From: Candidatus Latescibacterota bacterium
Lineage (GTDB): Bacteria > Latescibacterota > UBA2968 > GCA-2709665
Direction: 5' to 3'
NCBI GenBank assembly: GCA_965248435.1
Contig: OZ252100.1
Location: forward strand, 1,024,001-1,088,000
DNA: 64,000 nucleotides
The notes under the pieces: model-generated
Told to the model about the DNA's origin: nothing
The model's database searches: none
What the model saw: only the letters and a program-made list of their open reading frames with translations
Made by a program: the position numbers and the translations under genes
In this document: positions 37,374-48,619 of the stretch, in pieces
How positions within the stretch are numbered: position 1 is the first letter of the stretch
Layout: every line of letters begins with the position of its first letter

Positions 37374-38273
37374 TCAGTTCGTCTGATCGACCTTGACGCG
37401 ATCCAGCCAGCTGGGCAGCGCAATCTTCTCGGAAATCTTCCACGCAGTCAGATAGAGCGCGGCGGTAAAACGAGTCGCCTCCCTTCCGCGTTCGATCGCA
37501 AACTTTTCGACGGAAGTCACGGGCGTCCATTTCTCCCCTTCCAAATCCGGGAGGTCTGGCCCCAGCTCGTAAACAAGATCGATCAGTTCACGGCCCGCAT
37601 CGATTTGATCGAAGATGGCCTCCATCAGATCGTCATACGGTTTGACCTTCTGTCCCCGCGCCATAACCTCTGGCGTAAGCTTGAGGTACTGGATCAATCC
37701 GTCCACCTGTTGGTGAATCCCCGTCCCAGACGAAGAGCCGTCCGGATTCACTCGCCCGTTGTAGTGAATCGTCAGATGAAGGGGCTGGCACATGTCCTGT
37801 GCGTAGTGCGCGATGAATCCAGCGTAGACCAGACATTTGTCCTGGATGAAGGGGCTTGATGGCCATTTGCGATGCTCCGCAAAGGCCACGGCCAGTCGGT
37901 GGGTCCACTCGGACAGCGCGTAGGGCAAGAAGCCCACTTTTTCGGGCCTGACCCCGAGCTTCGCGCACAACGGAATGTATTCGTATCGATACTTCGGCAG
38001 GGCGCTTCCCTTCAAATACTCGAGGTCGATAAAATGTTCGGGGTACTCGGCCTTTCGGACGAAGGGTGCCCCCTTGTTCTTCGAGACATCTGGATCGAGC
38101 GCATAGTGGCCAATCGCGGTTTCTCCCGCGCGAAAGAACGCAGGAACCTCCTCCGGAAGCGCGTTCACTGCTGCCCGGGTGAGCAAGCCGTGACCTTTGG
38201 GCCACCAGGCCTCACCACGCGACCCGAACAGGAGGATTGTACAGGTAAGGGTCAAACAGAGCCGTTTCATCAT
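37374..38273 (-). CDS. S1/P1 nuclease / Zn-dependent phospholipase C family, secreted
   Basis: Signal peptide then mature W-W-x-x-G-H; PD; HFID; HYAQDMCQPLH. Confidence 0.8.
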   Translation of the reverse strand: MMKRLCLTLTCTILLFGSRGEAWWPKGHGLLTRAAVNALPEEVPAFFRAGETAIGHYALDPDVSKNKGAPFVRKAEYPEHFIDLEYLKGSALPKYRYEYIPLCAKLGVRPEKVGFLPYALSEWTHRLAVAFAEHRKWPSSPFIQDKCLVYAGFIAHYAQDMCQPLHLTIHYNGRVNPDGSSSGTGIHQQVDGLIQYLKLTPEVMARGQKVKPYDDLMEAIFDQIDAGRELIDLVYELGPDLPDLEGEKWTPVTSVEKFAIERGREATRFTAALYLTAWKISEKIALPSWLDRVKVDQTN

Positions 38274-38482
38274 TCTCCTTGACGCAAAGCCGTCAATCCT
38301 GCATGCTTAACCTAGACTTTTGCAAAACCGATTGCTGAATCTGCCATTCATCGGCCAGCAGCGTAGAGTCGCGAGCGGCTTCTCTGAGGGGAGTGTACGC
38401 TGCTTGTGTCTTCTCGCCTGTCGGCCGATGTTCCTTTTTAGCGCCTCCGAACCGGTGGCGCTTTTTCGTTGACGCCGGAGAC

Positions 38483-38580
38483 TGGCGGGAATGTGTGGGA
38501 ATCGAACCCACCCAGTGTGTGATTAGCACACCGCAACGGGTTTGAAGCCCGCGAGGGCCACCAGTGCCCCATCCATTCCC
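38483..38580 (-). tRNA. selC: tRNA-Sec (anticodon UCA)
   Basis: GGGAATG..CATTCCC-GCCA acceptor, CTTCAAA anticodon loop, long variable arm, GGTTCGATTCC T-loop; directly after selD. Confidence 0.97.
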
Positions 38581-38599
38581 GCTCCTCTCGGCAACCCGC

Positions 38600-39652
38600 T
38601 CAGACTGTAACCTCAACTCGCCCAGGATGTTCGCCGAGCACCTCCCCAATCATAGCTGCGGTGAGGCCCTTTTCGACCAGGTTCTCCACGAGGCTGTCCG
38701 CCACCTCCGACGCCACGGAGACCAAAAGGCCTCCTGAGGTTTGTGGATCATACAGGAGGCGCATCCACGCTTCGGGAACGTCACCGGAAATGCGCACGGA
38801 GGACTCGAACTGGGCGCGATTCCTCATCATCCCGCCTCCGGTCCTTCGTTCCGCAAGCTTGAGAGCCAAATCGAAGTGGGGGATGCTCGAAGTCCGCAAC
38901 CGAAGGCACACGCCACTTTCGGTCGCCATTCTGAGCGCGTGCCCAAGCAGTCCGAAACCCGTGATATCGGTGCAGGCATGCGCTCCGCAAGCCACCATCT
39001 GCTCAGAAGCCACGTCGTTCAGGCGTGCCATTGAAGCGATGACAGGCCCCATCTCCTCCTCGGAAATCTTATCACCCATGTTGGCATCGGCGGCGAGGCC
39101 GGTTCCCAACGGCTTGCTCAAGACCAGGCGATCCCCAGGCCGGGCACCCGCGTTGGCCACAATCCGGTCGGGATGCACCACACCCGTGACGGACAGGCCG
39201 TACTTCGGTTCAGGATCGTCAACGGTATGGCCGCCAACGAGGACGGCACCCGACTCGCTTACCTTTTCCTGTCCCCCGCGAAGGATCTCCGCGATGGCCG
39301 TGTGCTCGAGCTTATCCTTCGGAAACGCGCAGATGTTGAGCGCCGTGATCGGCCTGCCACCCATCGCGTAGACGTCGCTCAGGGAATTGGCCGCGGAGAT
39401 CTGACCATAGGCAAAAGGATCGTCCACGATCGGCGTAAAAAAGTCCACCGTCTGGATCAGGGCCATCTCTTCCGAAATTCGAAACACACCCGCATCGTCG
39501 GCTGTGTTCACACCAACCAGAAGGTCGGGGTGCTCGATCTTTGGGAGGTCCTTCAAAATCTCATCCAGCACCGCTGGATCTATTTTAGACGCTCAGCCAC
39601 CGCAGCTGACCATCTGGGTCAGCCGTTTGGCCCTGTTTCGCCATTTCATCAT
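38600..39652 (-). CDS. selD: Selenide,water dikinase, Sec-containing
   Basis: RLTQMVSCGG(UGA)ASKI; DDAGV, TVDFFTPIVDDP, NSLSDVYAMGG, DITGFGLLGH, DPQTSGGLL; UGA at 39593-39595. Confidence 0.95.
39548..39592 (-). promoter_or_regulatory. Bacterial SECIS element of selD
   Basis: Hairpin right after the UGA: AAAAU-AG-AUCCAGC-GGU-GCUGGAU-GAG-AUUUU, with G in the apical loop. Confidence 0.8.
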
Positions 39653-39722
39653 TACCCCTTGTTATTTACCGGCTTCGCTGTCGCCCGTTCAAGAAAAGTG
39701 TAAGCATCTCTGATCCCTCACC

Positions 39723-41633
39723 CTAAAGGCCGTTGGAGTTGCGGAGAACCCGCACATCCCCCCTACGCAGCGTCACGCCGTGACTGTCAAAATAGTTGAG
39801 CAGTGGAACCGCATACTTTCGTGTCGTCCCCACGAGATCTCGAAATGTCGACACCTCGATCTCCCCCTGGTCCTTGAGGTAATCAACACACTTCCTCTTC
39901 ACCTCCCCCAGCATTTCAGTTGAAAAGAGCAGCGTCCCTTCAAGCAGGACCAACTCTCCCATCGCCTGCATCGCTTCCACGACTCTCCGAACAGAATCGG
40001 GATCGCTTCCAATCTCCTCCGAAAGCTCCCTCAGGTCCGGGGGCCTCGCGCCTCCCTCATGCAGCCGCTTCAGGATCGATCCTCGCAGGCCATCCTGATC
40101 GGACGACAGTTTGATCTGGTGATCAGTCAGGCTGAGCAGAGGGCCGTCTGCCCTGATGACTTCCTTTCGAATCAAGGATTCGACACCGTAATCGTAAAGC
40201 GTTGAGGAATACGCTCCCTTCACTCGGAGTCGAAGTTCCTCGCGCTTGATACCGGGTCTCAGAGGTTCCGACTGGTGAAAATCGGCCAGTGCTTCTTGAA
40301 TCCGATCGAGGAACTCAGCATAGGCATCTGCGTGCAGGTAGTATGTGCAACCCGAATGTCGAAAGGACGCGACACGTCTATGGCTCACGAGTTTCTGCAG
40401 GTGTGTTTCTATTTCACTCAACCCGAGCCCCATTTCCAACGCGAGTGTTTCCGGAGCTTTGGGCTCGAAATCCGCCGCTTTCAAGCGGACTTCGATTACG
40501 TGGGCCGGCTCCTTCTCACCCAATCCCTGAAGGGTCTGGATGACCTGGGCGTTGAACCGTTTGTGCTTGACCGGTTTCGGATCCAGCACCACTCCGCCGC
40601 CTATCGTTAAAACAGGGGAGTATCGCCGGATGACGAATCGATCGCCCGGAGAAGCAACCCCTGGTGACTCGAGGCGAAACTGTACAAACTGCTCACAGCC
40701 CGGCTGTAGTTCCTCCCCCTCAAGCAGAATAGCTCGCGCCAGCACTTCTCTCGGTCCCAGGTGAAGGCGCACCCGAGACCTGTCCTTCAAGGCTGCAGGT
40801 GCATGCCGTAGCAGTTGCAGTCTCGTGTCTATCATGTAGGTCTTGGTAAACTGGCCCGGTTGCGTCAACACGTCGCCTCTGTTTATCTCTTCCAGCTCCA
40901 CTCCGCCAAGGTTCACGGCGGCCCTCTGCCCGATCCTGGCACCGTCTACATCATTCCCGTGGACCTGAAGGCCGCGGATCCGGGCCTGCCTCCCCGATGG
41001 CAGGATGACAACCTCGTCTTTCGGCTTCAGTACCCCTGACAGGACCGTCCCAGTCACGACGGTCCCGAACCCCCTGACAGAGAAGGCTCGATCCACCGGC
41101 AGGCGGAAGATCCCTCGGTCTGGTCTTTCAGACACTTCCGAGATCTCTTTCTCCAGGAGCTCTCGGAGCGTTTCGATCCCCTCTCTCGTCGTAGAGGATA
41201 CGGGCACGATGGGCGCCTCCTCAAGAAACGTACCGCTGACGAGAGAACGAAGGTCATCGGTAACCAGGTCAACCCACTCCCGGTCGACGAGGTCGATCTT
41301 GGTCAATGCGATAATTCCCCGATGAACGCCCAGAAGGTTCAAAATGCCGAGGTGCTCCCGGGTCTGAGGCATCACCCCATCATCCGCGGCGACGACAAAA
41401 AGGGCCAGATCCACAGAACTGACTCCGGTGACCATATTCTTCACGAAGCGCTCGTGACCGGGTACATCGATGATCGTGACCTGATCCTTCCAATAGGCGA
41501 ACCCAATATCGATCGTCATTCCACGGCTGCGTTCCTCGGGAAGCGTATCCGTGTTGATGTCTGTGAGGGCTTCAATCAGCGCGGTCTTGCCGTGGTCGAT
41601 ATGTCCGGCCGTCCCGATGATGACGTGCGTCAT
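39723..41633 (-). CDS. selB: Selenocysteine-specific elongation factor
   Basis: GTAGHIDHGKT, DVPGHE, TKID; C-terminal TRKYAVPLLNYFD..R.GD.R winged helix. Confidence 0.96.
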   Translation of the reverse strand: MTHVIIGTAGHIDHGKTALIEALTDINTDTLPEERSRGMTIDIGFAYWKDQVTIIDVPGHERFVKNMVTGVSSVDLALFVVAADDGVMPQTREHLGILNLLGVHRGIIALTKIDLVDREWVDLVTDDLRSLVSGTFLEEAPIVPVSSTTREGIETLRELLEKEISEVSERPDRGIFRLPVDRAFSVRGFGTVVTGTVLSGVLKPKDEVVILPSGRQARIRGLQVHGNDVDGARIGQRAAVNLGGVELEEINRGDVLTQPGQFTKTYMIDTRLQLLRHAPAALKDRSRVRLHLGPREVLARAILLEGEELQPGCEQFVQFRLESPGVASPGDRFVIRRYSPVLTIGGGVVLDPKPVKHKRFNAQVIQTLQGLGEKEPAHVIEVRLKAADFEPKAPETLALEMGLGLSEIETHLQKLVSHRRVASFRHSGCTYYLHADAYAEFLDRIQEALADFHQSEPLRPGIKREELRLRVKGAYSSTLYDYGVESLIRKEVIRADGPLLSLTDHQIKLSSDQDGLRGSILKRLHEGGARPPDLRELSEEIGSDPDSVRRVVEAMQAMGELVLLEGTLLFSTEMLGEVKRKCVDYLKDQGEIEVSTFRDLVGTTRKYAVPLLNYFDSHGVTLRRGDVRVLRNSNGL

Positions 41634-43093
41634 CAAACTTCCTCTGCACGACACTGGTGATTTTTCGCGGAACCTTCTTCGTGTCCCTCGACCGCCCACT
41701 TTATGGCGTCAGCCACGATTCCGACTTCGTTAGATCGTGTGCTACGGAGGTCCAGCCATACGCGGTCTTCCCTCACGTATCCCAGAACTGGGGGGCTATG
41801 CTGCCTGAGACGGGTGGCCAATCCGGCAATCGAGCACCCTGCAGGACCCTTCAGGGTGAGCGCAATACTCGGGATCTTCTCCAGCGGCAGAGACCCACTG
41901 CCGCCCTGGGCCACTGAGTCCTGTAGACGTAAATCCCACCCGATACCGCCCAGATGTTTCAAAAGATCCAGAAGCCGCTTACCCCGCCGCCGCAGAATCG
42001 CCGGCGACTCGGTGAGCATCCTCAGCGTGGGGAGCGTCCGGATGAGGCGCTTTCGGTCCAGATAGAGTTTTAGGGTGGCTTCCAGGGCCGCATAGGTCAA
42101 CTTTCCGCATCGCACGGCTCGCATGAGTGGGTTCCGTCGAATCTGCTCGATCACATCTTTATTCCCCACAAGGATGCCGGCCTGAGGTCCCCCCAGGATC
42201 TTGTCCCCGCTAAAACATACCACATCGGCGCCCGCGGAAACACTTTCGGAGACGACGGGCTCGTAAGGCAGGCCGTATTCCCTGAGATCTATCAAAACGC
42301 CCCCACCCAGGTCGTGGGCCACGGGAAGCCCTTGCCGGTGACCCAGAGCGACCAGCTCGCTCAGCGGGACGTCAGACGCGAAGCCCAGAACTTGAAAGTT
42401 GCTGGGGTGGATCGCCATGAGCAGGCCCGTCCGTGCTGAGATCGCCTGCTCCACATCTTCGAGATGCGTCCGATTCGTCGTTCCGACCTCAACCATCCTG
42501 ACACCGCTTCGGGTCATAATGTCAGGGATTCGGAACGAATCGCCGATTTCGATCAGCTGTCCACGTGAAACGATGACTTCTCGATCGAGGGCGAGTGTAT
42601 TCAGGGTGATGAGGACAGCAGCTGCGTTGTTGTTCACGACGGCGGCCGCCTCCGCGCCCGTGAGCAGACAGAGCATCTCCTCGACAATTGTGGTCCTGGA
42701 CCCCCTCCTGCCGGATTCGAGGTCGAGCTCTAGATTGTTGTAACCTCCAGCTGTCTCCCTGATTTGGTCTATCGCCTCTTTGGGAAGCGGTGCCCTCCCC
42801 AGGTTCGTGTGCAGGATGATGCCTGTGGCGTTCACCACTCGCTTAAGGTTCGAGGAAAGCAAATTCTCCAACAGCCGGCGTAGCTCCACGATCGTAATAT
42901 CAATCAGCACTTCGCGATCAAACGCTTCAACGTTCCCGTTCACCAAAGCCTCCCTGACGGTGTCGAGCGCCGAACGCAGGAGATCCTTGATCAAAGATAA
43001 GTTGCACTGCTCTGCCATAGCCTGAACGGCCGGTTCCGTAAGTACGCGGTCGACCGAGGGAATCATAGCGAGTTCTGATTGAGATACGGTCAT
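41633..43093 (-). CDS. selA: L-seryl-tRNA(Sec) selenium transferase
   Basis: VNATGIILHTNLGRAPL, VNNNAAA, EVGTTNRTH, FSGDKILGGPQAG. Confidence 0.96.
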   Translation of the reverse strand: MTVSQSELAMIPSVDRVLTEPAVQAMAEQCNLSLIKDLLRSALDTVREALVNGNVEAFDREVLIDITIVELRRLLENLLSSNLKRVVNATGIILHTNLGRAPLPKEAIDQIRETAGGYNNLELDLESGRRGSRTTIVEEMLCLLTGAEAAAVVNNNAAAVLITLNTLALDREVIVSRGQLIEIGDSFRIPDIMTRSGVRMVEVGTTNRTHLEDVEQAISARTGLLMAIHPSNFQVLGFASDVPLSELVALGHRQGLPVAHDLGGGVLIDLREYGLPYEPVVSESVSAGADVVCFSGDKILGGPQAGILVGNKDVIEQIRRNPLMRAVRCGKLTYAALEATLKLYLDRKRLIRTLPTLRMLTESPAILRRRGKRLLDLLKHLGGIGWDLRLQDSVAQGGSGSLPLEKIPSIALTLKGPAGCSIAGLATRLRQHSPPVLGYVREDRVWLDLRSTRSNEVGIVADAIKWAVEGHEEGSAKNHQCRAEEV

Positions 43094-43107
43094 ATGCCTT
43101 TTCTAAC

Positions 43108-44928
43108 TCAATCGTAAGGTGCGATCCTGAAGACAATGCTTTTAGACGCAGATTGGTCGGTCAGCAGATCCGTTACGGTCGCATCCACAGCCTGCCTGCC
43201 AGGCTCCGTTTCAGACAAATCCAGCTCCACGTAGATCACGTCATCACTACTGTTTCCAACCTGGTCATACGCCACCTCTATCTCCTGTCCCTGCGCTGAT
43301 GATCGAAACAGCTCCCCGAAACCTCGAAGGACCTTCGCGGGCGCGGACTTCTTATCCAGAGATCGAATCGAATAGCTAACGCGGTAGCGGGCTTGACCGA
43401 ATTCATCCCGCTTCAAATCGTAGATTTCGAAATAAACGAAGGCGTGTTGCTTTTTGCGAAACGACCCGGACGACATCGGAACAATCTTCAATCGGTTTTT
43501 GACGAAGGGCTCCTCCTCTTCGGCATCGGTAATCGAGAAGGCGACTTCAAGGTCGCTGATCTTCAGCGTGTCTCCCTTCGTGTAGTCCTGGAGTGTCAGC
43601 GCTTCCCTGTAGGCCTTCGACCTCCCCGATAGGACATCATCGACCTGGAGGGCCAGGTGATAGAAACCTGGAGGAAGCTCGACGGCGAGCTCGCCCGGAA
43701 TAAACGCTCCGTCCAGGATCTGCTGCTCGGTGGGCGTCTGGAACGCAAGCTGGTCCTTCATCCGGTAGACCTCCTCCCAGGATGAATTGAACAGGGCCAA
43801 TCCCCTATCCAGGACAAGCAAGTCGGAGGTCTCATCCACCTGGAGCCTTGCCATCTCCGATGCCGGGAGACCGTAATAGATCTCCAGCCGCGTCTTTCCT
43901 TGTTCCCCCCGAAAACCAGCCGTGTAGTAGTAGAAATCGATTAGAAGGCCAGCGTCGCCTTCGTAGACGACCTGCTGATGAGCAGTAGTCTTTTCGATCA
44001 GATCACGACCGTGAAATCTCTGAAGTTCGCCGATCATCGACAACGGGACACCCGGTGGAACAGGGGCGAAGATGTAGAGATTCTTTCCGAATTCGTTGAC
44101 AAAGGTAAATTCCGTACCGTGAGCAAGACGTGTATACACCCAGTACTCCCATTTGACATCGCCCCTCACAGGGAAAGTTGGATGGCCGGGGACCACTTCG
44201 GGTCTTGCCCGAAAGCGATTCGCGAAATTTTCCCTTGCATCCTGAATGTCTCGATCCAGTTCTGCCTGCATGTCGTTTGAACGGCTGAGGTGATCTGGAG
44301 CGCCCAACCGAACGAAGACTTCCCCCCGATCGTCCCAGGGAAACTTTGCCGCAGAGAAATGTTCTCGGGCGTGTGCCACCCTTCGGTAATGCTCAAGGCG
44401 ATGCTCGTTCGAGGAGGATAGAGGCGTTGGATCCCGGAAACTCCAGTAGCGCCTGGCCAATACCTCACGCGTGATCTCCGAAAGCGATTCGTAGACCTCT
44501 CGCTCTGCATCCGTCACGACGAGCCCGATGTCCCGGTATATCTCCTGCTCCTCATCAGGGAGGCGCTCGATATAGCGTTCGAATAACCGTTCTATAAGCT
44601 CCGTTTCCTGCGCCAAATTCTCAATACGTGTGGCCTCCAGGAAGGGGCCCGCCTCACCACTTTCAGGGAGAATCGAGAGCGCCTGAAGCACGTCCAGGGC
44701 CTCAGAGTCTCGCCCCTGAGTGAAAAGCAGCCTTCCAAGAAGGACATAGTCCTTTGGCTGGCCAACATCAGAGGCGATTATGTATTGGAGCTTCGAAACG
44801 GCGTTCGCGCTTTCCCCAGCAGCCGCATCTTCGGCGGCGGCTCTGCGCAGGGAATCGGCTTGAAATGAGGAATCCTGGGCAAGGGCGATTCCAGGAATCA
44901 GCAGCAGGAATAGGATTTTCTGAATCAT
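43108..44928 (-). CDS. GWxTD domain-containing secreted protein with TPR-like N-terminus
   Basis: YW..RDPTP...NE...EHYRRV; variant motif PWDDRGEVFVRLGAPD; C-terminal Ig-like region. Confidence 0.82.
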   Translation of the reverse strand: MIQKILFLLLIPGIALAQDSSFQADSLRRAAAEDAAAGESANAVSKLQYIIASDVGQPKDYVLLGRLLFTQGRDSEALDVLQALSILPESGEAGPFLEATRIENLAQETELIERLFERYIERLPDEEQEIYRDIGLVVTDAEREVYESLSEITREVLARRYWSFRDPTPLSSSNEHRLEHYRRVAHAREHFSAAKFPWDDRGEVFVRLGAPDHLSRSNDMQAELDRDIQDARENFANRFRARPEVVPGHPTFPVRGDVKWEYWVYTRLAHGTEFTFVNEFGKNLYIFAPVPPGVPLSMIGELQRFHGRDLIEKTTAHQQVVYEGDAGLLIDFYYYTAGFRGEQGKTRLEIYYGLPASEMARLQVDETSDLLVLDRGLALFNSSWEEVYRMKDQLAFQTPTEQQILDGAFIPGELAVELPPGFYHLALQVDDVLSGRSKAYREALTLQDYTKGDTLKISDLEVAFSITDAEEEEPFVKNRLKIVPMSSGSFRKKQHAFVYFEIYDLKRDEFGQARYRVSYSIRSLDKKSAPAKVLRGFGELFRSSAQGQEIEVAYDQVGNSSDDVIYVELDLSETEPGRQAVDATVTDLLTDQSASKSIVFRIAPYD

Positions 44929-45146
44929 CTGGGGCAGTTCGCTCACTACAGTGAAAGAAAACCGCCCCCCCAAAAAAACCTGCGAGCGGCGGTAAATTAT
45001 GGGTAAAATCTAGTCAAAATGGCCTTACAGGGCAAAAGAAATTCTCGAACAATATCGGGGACCCCATCATCTCGGTTCTCTCCGTAACACATTATCTCCC
45101 AGTAGGATGAAGCGTATTTTACGGCGAAAAGAACAGCCTTTCTGCG

Positions 45147-45175
45147 TTGACATCCCACTGCCCCCGGCGTATCTT
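45147..45175 (+). promoter_or_regulatory. Sigma70-type promoter of galU-fbaB
   Basis: TTGACA-17 nt-TATCTT. Confidence 0.7.
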
Positions 45176-45216
45176 AGACTCCGGCCTTCATCCCTGCTTT
45201 GTAGAGAAAGAAGAAT

Positions 45217-46065
45217 ATGCCAATCATCAAAGCGGTCGTCCCCGTCGCAGGCCTGGGTACCCGTCTCCTGCCTACCACCAAGGCGATCCCAAAAGTGATG
45301 CTCCCCCTCGGGCGGTATCCAGCGATCCAGCACGTTGTCGAAGAGATGGTCGCAGCGGGCTTGAGGAAGTTTCTGTTCGTTACTTCGCAGGCGAACTCCC
45401 TCATCAAAGAACAGTTCGACAATAACGATCGAGAAATCGAGTTTTCTTATATCGAACAGCCGATACCTGAAGGCAGCACGAAACCTGAAGGGACGGGGGC
45501 GGCCATCGCTTGCGCCGAGCGGTTCGTGAACGGTGACCATTTTGTGGTCGCTTATGGGGACACGATTATTCATTCGACCAGGAAGCCGAATTACGTTCGA
45601 CGCATGATCGAAGAACACCTCAGGCACGGCGTCAGCTGTACCTTGGGCGTTCGTTCTGTCGGTCCCGATCGTGTGAGTCAATACGGCGTCGTAAAGCCGA
45701 ACGCTGCTGCGGATACCTCTTCAGAAAGCTTTCAGATCGATGACGTCGTGGAAAAACCTTCTCCGGAGAATGCGCCCAGTGATCTGGCCATCAACGGACG
45801 GTATGTCTTTGGACCCGGGGTCTTCGATGAAATCAGGACACTCAGTCCGGGCCCACGCAACGAGATCGAAGTTACTGACGCGATTCGGGGCTTGATTCAG
45901 TCCCGGGGTGGGGTTCGATCTGTTCAGATGGACTCGGGCGAAATACGCTATGACATCGGAAACCACGAAACTTACTTCAAGGCATTCATCGACTTTGCGT
46001 TACAGGACGCAGACTACGGACAAGCCGTCCGAAGCTACTTGGCTGAGCGTTCTGAAGAGGCGTAG
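45217..46065 (+). CDS. galU: UTP--glucose-1-phosphate uridylyltransferase family
   Basis: [40 protein letters not shown]. Confidence 0.85.
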   Translation: MPIIKAVVPVAGLGTRLLPTTKAIPKVMLPLGRYPAIQHVVEEMVAAGLRKFLFVTSQANSLIKEQFDNNDREIEFSYIEQPIPEGSTKPEGTGAAIACAERFVNGDHFVVAYGDTIIHSTRKPNYVRRMIEEHLRHGVSCTLGVRSVGPDRVSQYGVVKPNAAADTSSESFQIDDVVEKPSPENAPSDLAINGRYVFGPGVFDEIRTLSPGPRNEIEVTDAIRGLIQSRGGVRSVQMDSGEIRYDIGNHETYFKAFIDFALQDADYGQAVRSYLAERSEEA

Positions 46066-46091
46066 GCGCCAGATCAAGAGGAGGACGAAAA

Positions 46092-47144
46092 ATGACCGAC
46101 ACAATAAGACAATACCTGGGAGGTGACGCGGAGGATTTGCTGAACTATGAATGCAAGATCTCAAAGAGCCTGTTGAGTCTGCCTGGCCCCGACTTTGTGG
46201 ATCGGGTCTTTCAAGACTCCGATAGGCCAATCCGCGTCCTCAGCAGTCTCCAGCGTCTTTTCAACAGCGGGCGGCTTGCCGGCACAGGACACGTTTCGAT
46301 CCTGCCAATCGACCAGGGAATCGAGCACTCTGGAGGCGCATCCTTCGCGCCCAACCCGATCTACTTCGACCCCGAAAACATCCTAAAACTCGCCACGGAA
46401 GGCGGGTGCAATGCGGTGGCAACGACCCTGGGTGTATTGGGTCTCGTGGCCAGGAAGTACGCACACAAGATCCCCTTCATCCTCAAGTTCAATCACAATC
46501 AGCTCCTCACTTATCCCGCCGTCTACGATCAGGTCTCTTTTGCACAAATCGAACAGGCCTGGGACATGGGCGCTGCCGGTGTCGGAGCGACGATCTACTT
46601 CGGATCTGCCGAATCGAATCGACAGATTACCGAAGTCAGTGAGGCATTCCAGCGCGCTCACGAACTCGGGATGTTCACCGTACTCTGGTGCTACCTGAGA
46701 AACTCCGCGTTCAAGACGGACGAAACGGATTACCACGAAGCGGCAGATCTGACGGGTCAGGCGAATCATCTAGGGGTGACCATACAGGCCGACATCATCA
46801 AGCAAAAGCTGCCGACGAGCAATGGCGGCTACACAGCGCTGAAATTCGGACGCACGCACGACAAGGTTTACACTGAAATGACCTCCGACCATCCCATAGA
46901 CCTCTGCCGATATCAGGTCGTGAACTGCTACATGGGCAGAATCGGTCTGATCAATTCTGGCGGTGCGTCTTCAGGGGCAAGCGACTATGCAGAAGCCGTT
47001 CGCACGGCTGTCATCAACAAACGCGCGGGCGGCACAGGGCTGATTTCCGGTCGCAAAGCGTTCCAGCGCCCGATGGACGAGGGCTGTCAGCTCCTGAATG
47101 CGATTCAGGATGTTTATCTCTCGAAAGAGATTACGGCCGCATGA
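46092..47144 (+). CDS. fbaB: Class I fructose-bisphosphate aldolase
   Basis: [37 protein letters not shown]. Confidence 0.96.
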   Translation: MTDTIRQYLGGDAEDLLNYECKISKSLLSLPGPDFVDRVFQDSDRPIRVLSSLQRLFNSGRLAGTGHVSILPIDQGIEHSGGASFAPNPIYFDPENILKLATEGGCNAVATTLGVLGLVARKYAHKIPFILKFNHNQLLTYPAVYDQVSFAQIEQAWDMGAAGVGATIYFGSAESNRQITEVSEAFQRAHELGMFTVLWCYLRNSAFKTDETDYHEAADLTGQANHLGVTIQADIIKQKLPTSNGGYTALKFGRTHDKVYTEMTSDHPIDLCRYQVVNCYMGRIGLINSGGASSGASDYAEAVRTAVINKRAGGTGLISGRKAFQRPMDEGCQLLNAIQDVYLSKEITAA

Positions 47145-47150
47145 CGGTAG

Positions 47151-47190
47151 AAATAGAAAAAGGACCCTGTGCCGAGAAGCACAAGGTCCT
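47151..47190 (-). terminator. Terminator between convergent genes
   Basis: AGGACCTTGTGC/GCACAGGGTCCT plus TTTTCTATTT on the minus strand. Confidence 0.75.
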
Positions 47191-47213
47191 CAAACGAACG
47201 ATCATTCCGAAGG

Positions 47214-48602
47214 CTACCTCTTCTTTTTCTTCTGTTTGGGCATGTATTTTTTCAGCCGCTGCACAATCACATCGGCCGTATAGGGCTTTACGACATAATC
47301 GTTGGCTCCCGACTGAACGGCTTCCACAACGGTCTCGCTGTCGGTCAATGAGGTCAGCATCACGATGGGGATTTGGGATAGGTCTTCGGTATCCCTGATC
47401 TTCTTCAGCGCTTCGAGACCGTTCATGCGCGGCATCATAACGTCCAGCATGATCATCCCCGGTGGATCCTTCTTGGCCAGTTCGAACGCTTCGTATCCGT
47501 TCGTGGCCTCCACCGGGACGAACCCCGCCTTCTTGATCACAAAGCTGAGCGCCCTCCTGCTGGCGATCGAGTCTTCCGCGATCAAAACCTTGTTTGAAAC
47601 CCGTGCGGGTTCAGCAGGCTTCGGAACCAGCGATCCTCCGCATTCACTGCAAAATTTGCCGCTCTGATCCCCGGCTTGACAGTTCGGGCAGGTCGTAAGG
47701 GCCTCCTCAGCCTTTGGAGCTTCATCGGCAGCCTCCGCGTCAACCTGGATCGAAAAAATCTCTCCGATCGTCTTGGCCGGACCAAAAATCTTTCCCAACA
47801 GCTCGTCGACTTTTTTCGGACCGAACCCGAAGAAGGTCTTCGCACGGTCGTCAAGACGTTCCCGAAGCTTTTCAGAGTCGCTATCGAAAAGGAAATCCAC
47901 GAGCAGACTCGCCAGATTGACCACCTGGACGATCTTCTTGTGTTCTTCGGAAATCTCCTCATCGAACTCCGCAAAATGATGGTGACGGATCACCTCGATC
48001 AGAAGTCGAGGGAGTTTCCAATTTGCGCAAAGGACCGCGCCTACGTGGGCATGGTCAACCCCGAGCGCCTCGCGTTCCGCCTTGGCCAGGTGGACACCCT
48101 TGGTTCGGGAGATGCCCATAGCACCACCGTAGTCCAGCGGACGGGTACGCACCAGGAACAGTACGCCGATATCCTGTACGAGACCAACGGTGAACACATC
48201 GGCGGGCAGCTCGCCAGACATATTCGCTGCGATTTCACCTGCCGCTACACCGCAGCAAATAGATCGCTCCCAAAACTTACCGTAGTCGAATCCTCCAGAC
48301 GAATCCGCGGGAAACAGATCCAGAACCGTTATTCCCACAGCAAGGTTGCAGATCTTCTTGTATCCGATGAGCGAGACGGCTGTAGAAACATCCTTCACGG
48401 ATTCTCCAAGACCGTAAAATGGAGAATTCACGATCTTCAGCATTTTGCCGACCAGCTGCTCTTCAGATTGGATCTTTTCGGCGATCTTCTGGACGGGCGC
48501 ACTGAGGTCCGTCGTCATCCGTGCAATTTCAGCCGCGATTGGTGAAAGCTTCGGAAAATCCTCAACTTTCTGAACCATTTTTACGACTTCATCATCCTTC
48601 AT
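47214..48602 (-). CDS. HDOD + zinc ribbon + receiver domain signalling protein
   Basis: VNSPFYG, FWERS, GLVQDIG, DHAHVGAVL..WKLP; CPNC..CSECG; AEDS, LDVMMPRMNG, VVKP. Confidence 0.9.
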   Translation of the reverse strand: MKDDEVVKMVQKVEDFPKLSPIAAEIARMTTDLSAPVQKIAEKIQSEEQLVGKMLKIVNSPFYGLGESVKDVSTAVSLIGYKKICNLAVGITVLDLFPADSSGGFDYGKFWERSICCGVAAGEIAANMSGELPADVFTVGLVQDIGVLFLVRTRPLDYGGAMGISRTKGVHLAKAEREALGVDHAHVGAVLCANWKLPRLLIEVIRHHHFAEFDEEISEEHKKIVQVVNLASLLVDFLFDSDSEKLRERLDDRAKTFFGFGPKKVDELLGKIFGPAKTIGEIFSIQVDAEAADEAPKAEEALTTCPNCQAGDQSGKFCSECGGSLVPKPAEPARVSNKVLIAEDSIASRRALSFVIKKAGFVPVEATNGYEAFELAKKDPPGMIMLDVMMPRMNGLEALKKIRDTEDLSQIPIVMLTSLTDSETVVEAVQSGANDYVVKPYTADVIVQRLKKYMPKQKKKKR

Positions 48603-48619
48603 AGATTCACCCAAGACGA

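Noticed and set aside
38290-38482. Island integrated at tRNA-Sec
   Set aside because: No integrase, no duplicated tRNA 3' end and no compositional shift nearby
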